A program made the position numbers and the translations under genes. A stretch of DNA of 64,000 nt. Origin: Patescibacteria group bacterium. Lineage in GTDB: Bacteria > Patescibacteriota > Microgenomatia > UBA8517. Shown in pieces: positions 18,545 through 27,016 of the stretch. The DNA is taken from positions 4,162-68,161 of the forward strand of contig DASVCV010000003.1 in assembly GCA_036381415.1 (NCBI GenBank), written 5' to 3'. Under the pieces are notes generated by a model. It was given only the letters and a program-made list of their open reading frames with translations, did no database searches and was not told the origin of the DNA. The first letter of the stretch is position 1. Every line of letters begins with the position of its first letter.

Positions 18545-19704
18545 GCTATTTTTTTAACTATCTCATCTATCTTATCTTTTGGCAACGAAAAACCAACTTG
18601 TTTTAAAAAGTCTTGAGTTGGCTGATTTATATCAACATAAATTTCGGTTGTTCCCTCTCTACCCAAGGTCTCTAAAAACAAACCATTATAATTCCTATCA
18701 TTTTCTAAAGATACAACCTTTAGCACCTCTTCTTTACTTACGGTCGGCTTATATCCCCATTTTTTCCAGAACTCGTAAGATGTATCTACTAATTCTGCTA
18801 CATTAGTATTTGTCCCTATGCTTCTTTGAACAAACCGTTTTGAAAGTTGTCTTAATCTATATCCGTGATCGTGAGAGGAAGGTTTTGTTCCTTCACCTGC
18901 TATTAAGACCATTGTTCTAATGGGGTCTATTATGGAAGCAATTTTATCTGCATCTGCTTGATCGTATAGTTCGTCAAATTCAGTAAAATAATGTTTAGTG
19001 GCGTTGATTGCCCAATTTAGCCTTTCTATTCCAAAACCTATATCAACAATTGATATTTTTTTGTCTTCTGTAACAGGATAATCATGAATATACACACACT
19101 CGCCTAATTCAATTCCGCCTGCATATATTGTAAATTGTGTCTTTGTGAACTTTCTACTACCCCATCTGTCGGGCACATTTTCTACTTGGAATCTTAAACT
19201 GCTTGCACTTACACCCAAACTTGTAATAAGTTTTATAAATTGATTAGACAGTTTTATAAAGTCATCGGGTTTTGCATCTACTGATTCTACTGAAAAATTG
19301 ATGAAAGATGATGAAGTTCCTTCTTTTATTTTATCCATAAACTGGCTCCTTATAACTGGCTGACTTACAACGAATGCTTCTCGTTTTAAATCACTACCTG
19401 TTCTTAGTACTGTTTCTATATGCTGAACTCCTGCTGAAGTAAAAAATGTCGTATCGCCTTTGGGCCTACAAACGGCATCAGGCTCTATTGACTTAACTCC
19501 ATCAAAATATTGGAATATATCTTCTGGTTTTTCCAATGGTTTTCTTTCGCTTGTTACTTGGGGTTTTTCATAATGAGTTGAGGGTGATAGCCTTAGAAAA
19601 TCTTGCCTTTCTTCATCTGCGACTAATCCTAAGTTTTGTGCGATAAAATCCTTGTTTAATTCAGTTTCTTGTGGGTATTTATTTTTAACCCTATCCATGT
19701 TCAT
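18541..19704 (-). CDS. stand-alone alanyl-tRNA-synthetase catalytic-core paralog (class II aaRS-like ligase)
   Basis: FFTSAGVQHIE matches AlaRS LLFTNAGMNQFK, VLRTGSDL matches CVRAGGKHNDL, and VDIGFGIERL matches VDTGMGLERI. It is only 387 aa, with no editing or C-Ala domains. Confidence 0.55.
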   Translation of the reverse strand: MNMDRVKNKYPQETELNKDFIAQNLGLVADEERQDFLRLSPSTHYEKPQVTSERKPLEKPEDIFQYFDGVKSIEPDAVCRPKGDTTFFTSAGVQHIETVLRTGSDLKREAFVVSQPVIRSQFMDKIKEGTSSSFINFSVESVDAKPDDFIKLSNQFIKLITSLGVSASSLRFQVENVPDRWGSRKFTKTQFTIYAGGIELGECVYIHDYPVTEDKKISIVDIGFGIERLNWAINATKHYFTEFDELYDQADADKIASIIDPIRTMVLIAGEGTKPSSHDHGYRLRQLSKRFVQRSIGTNTNVAELVDTSYEFWKKWGYKPTVSKEEVLKVVSLENDRNYNGLFLETLGREGTTEIYVDINQPTQDFLKQVGFSLPKDKIDEIVKKIA

Positions 19705-19707
19705 TAT

Positions 19708-20931
19708 TTAATAAAGTTGAATTTTTTCTTGTAACAGCAATTTTGTAATTTCAGGAATAGATTTAACTTCCTTTTCAACTAGTTTTTTAACGCCATCTTT
19801 GTCTTTGAAATCTTCTGGAAGTGTTATAAATATTGCCCAAGGATCAAGTAAGTCTCTACCACTTTGGCTAATTAAGGCAACTTCGTTAGGAACTTTAAAT
19901 TCTTCATATATTTTTTTACTTATTTCATTAGCAGTCACATAATAAACTTTTCCAATATGATAAACAGGGTTTTTACCACATGCTCCTTCCATGCTCATTG
20001 GTCTAGTTGGTGAAATAACTCCATTTATTCTATTTCCTCTACCAACCAATCCTTCATCTCCACTTTCAATGGAAGAACCTATTGCCGTAAGGTAGAGCTC
20101 CATTGTGTTGAAATTGTCTCTGGTGTTGAAGTTAAGTTCTAAATCTTTTATTCCTAAATCTTTGGAAATTTTAAATATTACTTTCCTTGCCTTTTCCATA
20201 TTAGTTTTATATTCACCAGCAGATTTAACATGGTCTGCTATTTGAGGGATGCACATGGTAATTCCAAACTGGTCATGGTTTCTGTAACCCATTATTTTTA
20301 TGTCTGAACCAATCCAGGGATTTTCCTTTTTAAATTCTTCAGAATTTAAGGTGTTTTCAATTTTTAGTACTAGCTGCTCTAAGATTGTATGTGGTGCATA
20401 GCCTACCCCAAGAGATGTGTCATTTGAAACTAATTTCTTGGTTTCAGGTAAATCTTGTAGTGTTCTAGGTTCAAACCAATGCTTTCTTGGAGCATTTGTA
20501 GATTCAAATTCTTCTGTTTTTCCTGGACTACTTTGGCTACTTAAATTGTAATGAAACTCTAAATCCTTGTCTGGATTTATCATTGGAAATCTAGATTTAA
20601 GAAACTCTTTTGCCCAAGAAATTAACATTTCTTTAACAGGTATTTCTTCATCCCCAAACTTGGTTGATGCACGACCATTTAGTAAAACTCTAATTGGCTT
20701 AATCAGATAACCTTTACCAAACGTTACAAAAGAAGCTCCACCTAGAAGTCCCACTTTGTCAAAATTGTGATGTAAAACTGCTCCAAATTTTTCAAGGGTA
20801 TAGTTAGAGTATTTGACAGATAAAACCTCTGCTAATGCATCTGATAGGGTGTCTGGATGTCCAATCCCCTTTCTTTCAACAAACTCATAATCTGGGCTGT
20901 CTTTAGGCTTTTTAGTAATATAGATATTCAT
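19708..20931 (-). CDS. archaeal-type S-adenosylmethionine synthetase
   Basis: MNIYITKK...[18 protein letters not shown] is the N-terminal signature of archaeal-type MAT. 407 aa. Confidence 0.85.
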   Translation of the reverse strand: MNIYITKKPKDSPDYEFVERKGIGHPDTLSDALAEVLSVKYSNYTLEKFGAVLHHNFDKVGLLGGASFVTFGKGYLIKPIRVLLNGRASTKFGDEEIPVKEMLISWAKEFLKSRFPMINPDKDLEFHYNLSSQSSPGKTEEFESTNAPRKHWFEPRTLQDLPETKKLVSNDTSLGVGYAPHTILEQLVLKIENTLNSEEFKKENPWIGSDIKIMGYRNHDQFGITMCIPQIADHVKSAGEYKTNMEKARKVIFKISKDLGIKDLELNFNTRDNFNTMELYLTAIGSSIESGDEGLVGRGNRINGVISPTRPMSMEGACGKNPVYHIGKVYYVTANEISKKIYEEFKVPNEVALISQSGRDLLDPWAIFITLPEDFKDKDGVKKLVEKEVKSIPEITKLLLQEKIQLY

Positions 20932-21104
20932 AGGAGCTCAATTATAGCAGTACTCATCTGTAAAACCCAAATAATAGGGTCATTTTAAAGTAGATCTAGC
21001 TTTAAAGAACCGTAATCTCTTATTCTCCTCTGGAATTAAGGATGAGTTTGTGATATTATCTTTACCCAAAGGGTGAAGAAAAACTTGATTCCAATTACTA
21101 AACA

Positions 21105-21422
21105 ATGTATATTGAATTTGTTAACAGTAAAATTCGAAAGGTGTGTGAAAAGCGTTCAATTGCCATTAAAAAATTAGGTTTGAGAAATGCAGACTTGGTG
21201 GTTCAAAGAATAATGGAAATGGAAGCGGCAGCAAGTTTACAAGATTTAAGGATTTTACCAGGCCCAAGATGTCATCCTTTGAGCGGAGATAGAAAGGGAC
21301 AATATGCTGTTGACCTTGTTCATCCCAAAAGATTAGTTTTTTTGCCAGTAACTAAACTAAACGAAATTGCAGAAAGTTTGATTACAGAAATAATGGTTAT
21401 CGAAATAGTAGATTATCATTAA
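21105..21422 (+). CDS. higB: HigB-like (plasmid-maintenance killer, RelE superfamily) toxin
   Basis: 105 aa. The pattern ...NADLVVQRI...LQDLRILPGPRCHPLSGDRKGQYAVDL is typical of the HigB killer family. It lies immediately upstream of HigA. Confidence 0.7.
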   Translation: MYIEFVNSKIRKVCEKRSIAIKKLGLRNADLVVQRIMEMEAAASLQDLRILPGPRCHPLSGDRKGQYAVDLVHPKRLVFLPVTKLNEIAESLITEIMVIEIVDYH

Positions 21423-21424
21423 CT

Positions 21425-22510
21425 ATGATTAAGCAAAAAATAAATAATTACACACCAGATTTTATTGTTCACCCAGGTGTCACTTTGTCTGAAACGCTGG
21501 GTGCTATTGGTATGAGTCAAACCGAATTGTCCAAAAGAATTTCCCGACCAGAAACGGCAATTAGTGAAATTATAAACGGTTCCAAATCACTTACTCCCGA
21601 GACAGCAATCCAATTAGAAAGAGCTCTGGGCATCCCAGCTTCATTTTGGAATAATCTTGAGAAGAATTATCAGGAACTTAAAGCTAAATCTGAGTCTAAA
21701 AAAGCTTTACTTAAACAATCCGACCTAGCTGCAAATTATCCTTATGCTGAAATGGCAAAAAATGGCTGGGTGCAACAGACCAACAGTCTAGAAGAAAAAA
21801 TTGAAAATTTGTTGTCCTTCTTTGCAGTGGATAAATTATCTGTAATACCTGAAGTCATGCCTACTGCTTTTAGACAGCATAATGGGCGTTCTATATCCCA
21901 CTACTCTATACAAGCATGGCTGAGGAAGGGACTTATAGACAGTCAAATGGTAGATACAAAACCGTTTAATAAACAAAAATTAAACAATTTACTTGACGAG
22001 TTTAGAACGCTTTCAGTTGAAACCCCCAATATTATAGTGGACAAATTAACAAGATCCCTTGCAGAGTGCGGGATTGCTCTTGTATTCACAAAGGATTTAC
22101 CAAACACTTATGTCTGTGGAGCTTCTCGTTGGATAACACCTAACAAGGCAATCCTACAACTTTCATTAAGAGGACTTTATGCAGATATAATGTGGTTTAC
22201 TTTTTATCATGAATTAGGACACTTGTTGTTGCATAGCAAAAAGAAATATTTTGTAGATTTAAATCACACGACAAATAACACTGAGGAGGAAAAAGAAGCA
22301 GACAATTTTGCTTCGGAACACATTATCCCTGAACAAAAATTGTCTGAATTTATTTCAAAGAATGAAATTAGCGTCACATCAATTACAAATTTTGCTAACG
22401 AATTAGGTATCCATCCAGGAATTATTGTAGGTAGGCTCCAACACAAAAAGAAAATAGAATACAAGGATTTTAATCACCTAAGAGCTAAATATTATTTTGT
22501 AAAATCATAA
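21425..22510 (+). CDS. higA: HigA-type HTH antitoxin fused to an ImmA/IrrE-family metallopeptidase domain
   Basis: N-terminal HigA HTH (GVTLSETLGAIGMSQTELSKRISRPETAISEIINGSKSLTPETAIQLERALGIPASFW). C-terminal HEXXH (FYHELGHLLLH) with a downstream acidic residue, as in ImmA/IrrE. Confidence 0.7.
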   Translation: MIKQKINNYTPDFIVHPGVTLSETLGAIGMSQTELSKRISRPETAISEIINGSKSLTPETAIQLERALGIPASFWNNLEKNYQELKAKSESKKALLKQSDLAANYPYAEMAKNGWVQQTNSLEEKIENLLSFFAVDKLSVIPEVMPTAFRQHNGRSISHYSIQAWLRKGLIDSQMVDTKPFNKQKLNNLLDEFRTLSVETPNIIVDKLTRSLAECGIALVFTKDLPNTYVCGASRWITPNKAILQLSLRGLYADIMWFTFYHELGHLLLHSKKKYFVDLNHTTNNTEEEKEADNFASEHIIPEQKLSEFISKNEISVTSITNFANELGIHPGIIVGRLQHKKKIEYKDFNHLRAKYYFVKS

Positions 22511-22535
22511 AATTATTCTGAAGATGTAATGAATT

Positions 22536-23519
22536 ATGATGACTGGAAAAGAAAAACTCTATTTTCTTCTTGATACTATTGATGATGCAAGGTCTGTATC
22601 ACCTTCTGGCCAACCCTTAATTATTGATCCTGCGAATGACCTAAACGACAGACTTAGAGGTGTTGAATTAGAACAACTATTCACAAAGCTAGAAAAAGAC
22701 GAACAAGTCTTGAAAATTTTGCAAATCCCGAGCGGAATAAAAACTATTAGCATAGTTGAAGATGCTGATCCTTACGATCAGCTTTATGAAAATGACGATG
22801 GGTGTTGGCACATAGAACTTTTGCCTGCTTTTGATGACTATTTTTTAAAAATTCAAAATGAGCTTGAATATCAAGAGTTTACAGGCAAAAAACCGAGTTT
22901 TGAAACAGACATCCAAAGATTGTATGAAAAAATTCAGAAAGTAGATGAGCAAATCAGCATAAGAAGAGAGGCATGGGCTAAAGCTCAATCTACGATAAGC
23001 GACAATTCTTATTATTCTGAAGCAACAAGGACTGGACACCTTGCAAAACTTGAGCAACAAGCACAAACGGATATTGGTAATTTCATTAAACAAAAGGAAA
23101 CATACTTAGTAGAACTTAATCTTAGAAAAACAGATGTTCCAAAAAGCTCCCAAGCAAAACCTTTCAACGAAGAAGATAAATCAAACTCGGACAAGGTGTA
23201 TGAAATCACGTATATCTCAAGAGATATACTGCTTAATAATACTTTTCATTTAGCTAAACCAGATTTTGATAGCGAAAATGAGGTAGTTTTTTCATTTCTG
23301 TTTAATAATCCAAATCAGACTTTTAGTCGAACTGAAATAGAGGTGGAGATCCGAAGGAAAATAGCTAAGTCGCTTCATAAAATTGTAGAGAATCTGGGAT
23401 TTGTAGGTGATCTGAAAAAAGTTTTTTTTAACGTAAGCAAGGATTCTATCTGTTTCAAGAATCCTGTAACTAGACCTGATTTAGACAAGCTAGGGGTTGT
23501 CCACATTAAACTCCCCTAG
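22536..23519 (+). CDS. hypothetical protein
   Basis: 327-aa acidic protein with no recognisable motifs. Confidence 0.4.
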   Translation: MMTGKEKLYFLLDTIDDARSVSPSGQPLIIDPANDLNDRLRGVELEQLFTKLEKDEQVLKILQIPSGIKTISIVEDADPYDQLYENDDGCWHIELLPAFDDYFLKIQNELEYQEFTGKKPSFETDIQRLYEKIQKVDEQISIRREAWAKAQSTISDNSYYSEATRTGHLAKLEQQAQTDIGNFIKQKETYLVELNLRKTDVPKSSQAKPFNEEDKSNSDKVYEITYISRDILLNNTFHLAKPDFDSENEVVFSFLFNNPNQTFSRTEIEVEIRRKIAKSLHKIVENLGFVGDLKKVFFNVSKDSICFKNPVTRPDLDKLGVVHIKLP

Positions 23520-23847
23520 CGGTTGATAGGCATACGCTCCTTTTTGTACCTAAGTTTCCCTACCACGACGACAAACTACCAAATCGTCCTTATTCTCCTT
23601 TTATGGAAACAAAAAAAGCGGAACAAACCCAAGAGGAAACAGACAGGCACAAAGATCGTTTGGCCAAATTTTTTAATCTTTTGATTGAAATTGACCAGAA
23701 GAACAAGAGGAAAGAGGTGAATAAAGATGTATAAGAAATCAAATTTTCAAAAGAAACTACAGGAATTACTAGCAAAAGAATACAAGCGAATGCTAAGCGA
23801 AAACATAAAAAAAGGTTTCAAGTTGGCTATAGAAAGGAAAAATAAAA

Positions 23848-24135
23848 ATGAGAATAAGTGAAATTCAGATTATTCCGATCAAACCGCAAAACGGCCTTGT
23901 TGCCTTTGTGAGCTTTGTTTTAGACAGTAACCTTTATCTTAGTTCAATTGGTGTAATCACAAGACCACAAGGTGGTTACAGACTTACCTACCCTACTAAA
24001 AGAGTGGGTGTAAAAGACTTAAATATTTTCTATCCGATAAATAAAACTTTTGCAGAAGAAATAGAAAAGGAGGTGTCAGCAAAGCTTGAAGAAGTAATGA
24101 ATAATTATGATAGATACAATAAAACTAGTGCTTGA
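23848..24135 (+). CDS. SpoVG-family protein
   Basis: MRISEIQIIPIKPQNGLVAFVSFVLDSNLYLSSIGVITRPQGGYRLTYPTKRV... matches the SpoVG fold pattern (MxITDVRI..., G.Y.IS.P). Confidence 0.55.
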   Translation: MRISEIQIIPIKPQNGLVAFVSFVLDSNLYLSSIGVITRPQGGYRLTYPTKRVGVKDLNIFYPINKTFAEEIEKEVSAKLEEVMNNYDRYNKTSA

Positions 24136-25243
24136 TAGCAGTATGTATACAATTTTAGGTATGAATTTTTTTGAAAAAGGTAAAACAAATATGAGTCGTG
24201 GTTATTCAACATTTGTTCAAAATCCTACACAGAGTGAGTTGAAACGAGGTATATATAGACCGAGATTAACTGAGACTCATAGATATAATTGTTCTGGCCG
24301 TTCAGGTAAGACTTTAACTATTGAACTTTCTCTTCCCAAACTTATGTATGGAAATAATTTTGATGAATTAAAAGATGAAGATTTTCCTGTCGTATTTGAA
24401 AAGCTAAGACAGGTGTTAAAAGATGTGTCTGTTCGTGTTTATGAAAAGAGTTTAGAAAATGCACCTGTTTCTGCGGCTCACTATTCAAAAAACATTCCTT
24501 TAACTGATGGTTTAACTCCTCACTTTCTTATAAGTAAAATTAAAGAAGCGAATATTAAGCTTTCTCTTGATATTAGCGAGACTAGTTACAGTAATGATGG
24601 CCACATCTACAAATGGCACAGCAATTCCTATGAAGTTACTTTTTATGACAAAATTCATGATTTAGGAAAAGCTAAGGTTAGTGACAAAAGAGCAATAGAA
24701 AGAGACAATGCAATTCAGCTTGGTCTATTTGATAACTTTAAAAATAGAAAAATGTTTGAGGTTTTGCGAATGGAGATACGTTTAAAAAGGCCAAAGATGC
24801 GTAAATTATTTAGCGAATTGGGTATAGAAAAAGAATTCACATTTAAGAAACTGTTTAGCTCTCAAATCTCACAAAAAGTATTGCTACATTACCTTAATGA
24901 GATTGAACAGCAACGACTCCCCCTTCTTGACTATTCAACTTCAGACAAAGCTTTGTTGGCTGATTTAGTTATCAATAATCCTTCACTAGGAATAAAAAGA
25001 ACCCTGCAATTATATGGGTTTAAACAAGCGTTAAATAACGTGAGTATTCGTGAATTAAGGACGATGTTTGGGAAATGCAGTTCAAATAGCTGGTATAGAT
25101 TGATGTCTGATGCTAATAAAGTTAAGCCTCTTCCCCATCCAAGTCCTTTTAAAGTTATTAGAGATAATTTAGAAAGATTTGAACCGCTAAACATTGTTGA
25201 CTTTCAAGATGACAAGATGTTAAATAATGATAAATATAACTGA
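24107..25243 (+). CDS. hypothetical protein, possibly a replication-initiation (Rep_trans/phage CRI-like) factor
   Basis: 378 aa. N-terminal MIDTIKLVLDS resembles the IDxL start of Rep_trans proteins. Embedded among recombinase and excisionase genes. Confidence 0.3.
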   Translation: MIDTIKLVLDSSMYTILGMNFFEKGKTNMSRGYSTFVQNPTQSELKRGIYRPRLTETHRYNCSGRSGKTLTIELSLPKLMYGNNFDELKDEDFPVVFEKLRQVLKDVSVRVYEKSLENAPVSAAHYSKNIPLTDGLTPHFLISKIKEANIKLSLDISETSYSNDGHIYKWHSNSYEVTFYDKIHDLGKAKVSDKRAIERDNAIQLGLFDNFKNRKMFEVLRMEIRLKRPKMRKLFSELGIEKEFTFKKLFSSQISQKVLLHYLNEIEQQRLPLLDYSTSDKALLADLVINNPSLGIKRTLQLYGFKQALNNVSIRELRTMFGKCSSNSWYRLMSDANKVKPLPHPSPFKVIRDNLERFEPLNIVDFQDDKMLNNDKYN

Positions 25244-25418
25244 TATGGCACAGGAGTATTACTACTCTATCGAGGAGGTAGCAAAAACGTTAAAAGTTGC
25301 CTACCTTACTGTTTATCGATGGGTACAAGCAAAAAAATTAGCAGCCTTCAAAGCAGGCAAGCAGTACAGGATTAGGAAAGAAGACTTAGATCTGTTCTTA
25401 AAAGGTTATGAAGAATAA
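25227..25418 (+). CDS. excisionase/MerR-like HTH DNA-binding protein
   Basis: 63 aa. YYSIEEVAKTLKVAYLTVYRWVQAKKLAAFKAGKQYRIRKEDLDLFL has the shape of excisionase-family HTH_17 proteins. Confidence 0.55.
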   Translation: MINITDMAQEYYYSIEEVAKTLKVAYLTVYRWVQAKKLAAFKAGKQYRIRKEDLDLFLKGYEE

Positions 25419-26223
25419 AGGTATGAATAACTCATTTAAAATTCCAATTGAACAAGAGGATTATGACTATTGTTCTCAATTAGTAAGAAAAGAAATCAGT
25501 AAAATAATTCAAACAGCTATTGAAAAAGGTGATAACAAAATATTTATTCATACAAATCTACGCAGAGGGCTACCATTAGAAAATATAAACAAAGTTGCAG
25601 GTCCTTTTGTGGAAGCATGGGCATTGGAAAAGTTTGAAAAAATAGCTGAAAATCCTTTAAACGAATATAACTTAGTTAATGTTGAACCTGGTGTGCGTTT
25701 GGCACCATACGATATTATTCTTCAGTTTAAGAAGAAAAAGAGTAATGCTTCAGAAGTAGCGACTGCAAATGTGGATGTGAAAGCTACCTCAGACGATATT
25801 CCAACCTCTGGCCGAAGTCCAAACATAACTTCCTTTGGCAGGATACGAACAGAATATATTAACGATCCAGATTACATTTTTATTATTTTGTCATTGAAAC
25901 ATAAAGTCTATGGTGAAAGAAATGACAAAACTGGGATGACAAATGGAATTATGGAAGTTACAACCTACTCAGTTTACGATTTAAAATATGTAGATGAAAA
26001 AGATATTAGTTATAATCCAGCTCTCGGAACAGGTCAATTGCAAATACGAGACATTCATTATGTGTCTGAGACAAAAAGAACTACTTGGGAATTTCTCCAA
26101 ATATTGGATAGGAAGTTTATACGCTCAAAAGGCCAATCTGCTTGGGACAAGTTGGCAAAAATACATGGTTGGTTAATCGGAACAGAACCAAAAGTAGAAG
26201 TTACCGCAGAAGAAGTTCTATGA
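25408..26223 (+). CDS. putative type II restriction endonuclease
   Basis: Stop overlaps the MTase start (ATGA). Possible PD-(D/E)xK elements (PYDIIL ... NVDVKAT). Confidence 0.35.
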   Translation: MKNKGMNNSFKIPIEQEDYDYCSQLVRKEISKIIQTAIEKGDNKIFIHTNLRRGLPLENINKVAGPFVEAWALEKFEKIAENPLNEYNLVNVEPGVRLAPYDIILQFKKKKSNASEVATANVDVKATSDDIPTSGRSPNITSFGRIRTEYINDPDYIFIILSLKHKVYGERNDKTGMTNGIMEVTTYSVYDLKYVDEKDISYNPALGTGQLQIRDIHYVSETKRTTWEFLQILDRKFIRSKGQSAWDKLAKIHGWLIGTEPKVEVTAEEVL

Positions 26224-27014
26224 AGACTAATTATTTCATTGTTGGTGATGCCATTGAAAAAATGCAAAGACTCCCGAACGAGTCTATTGATTTAGTGGCA
26301 ACTGATCCACCTTATAATCTAGGGAAGAATTACGGCAATAACATCGACTACAAGGAGTGGCATGATTACCAACTGTTTACAGAAAGATGGCTGTCTGAGG
26401 CTGTGAGAGTTTTGAAATCATCAGGTAGTATTTATGTGTTTATGGGGGTAAGGTTTATTTCTAAGCTATTTACTTTAATGGAAGAAAAAGGCTTATTATT
26501 CAATGGTTGGATCACCTGGCACTACACTCAAGGTATGGGTAGAACACTTGGATTTTCCCCACGACATGAAGATCTTTTGTATTTTACCAAATCATCTAAT
26601 TTTACTTTTAATTTAGATGATATAAGAGTTCCACAAAAATACTTCCGAGAAAGAAATAACATGAAGGGTGCAAACCCTGGTGACGTTTGGCTGTTTTCTC
26701 ATGTTCATTACTCAAATCCAGAAAGGCAACCTCACCCTACACAAAAACCCTTGGCTGTAATGGAAAGGATAATTAAAGCAAGTTCAAATAAAGGTGATCT
26801 CGTTTTAGATCCGTTTGTAGGAAGTGGAAGTACATGCGTTGCTGCAAATGCACTAGATCGAAAATGGATAGGAATTGATACTAATCCAGATTATATTAAA
26901 ATGTCTAAAAAAAGAATATCGGAAATTTATTCTCCTGACTCCTTTGACCCTCGTCAAAGCAGAACTCCCCGAGATCTTAAAAAAAATGTTAATCAGAAAG
27001 GTTTACTTTTTTGA
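26220..27014 (+). CDS. DNA methyltransferase, beta-class amino-MTase (N4-C or N6-A)
   Basis: Motif IV VATDPPYNL precedes motif I LDPFVGSGST. The ORF track started it at an upstream alternative codon (26142). Confidence 0.85.
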   Translation: MKTNYFIVGDAIEKMQRLPNESIDLVATDPPYNLGKNYGNNIDYKEWHDYQLFTERWLSEAVRVLKSSGSIYVFMGVRFISKLFTLMEEKGLLFNGWITWHYTQGMGRTLGFSPRHEDLLYFTKSSNFTFNLDDIRVPQKYFRERNNMKGANPGDVWLFSHVHYSNPERQPHPTQKPLAVMERIIKASSNKGDLVLDPFVGSGSTCVAANALDRKWIGIDTNPDYIKMSKKRISEIYSPDSFDPRQSRTPRDLKKNVNQKGLLF

Positions 27015-27016
27015 CA

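Noticed and set aside
26142-26219. ORF-track N-terminal extension of the methyltransferase (MGQVGKNTWLVNRNRTKSRSYRRRSS)
   Set aside because: It overlaps the upstream gene in another frame. The ATG at 26220 within an ATGA stop/start overlap, followed by the conserved MTase N-terminus, is the likelier start.
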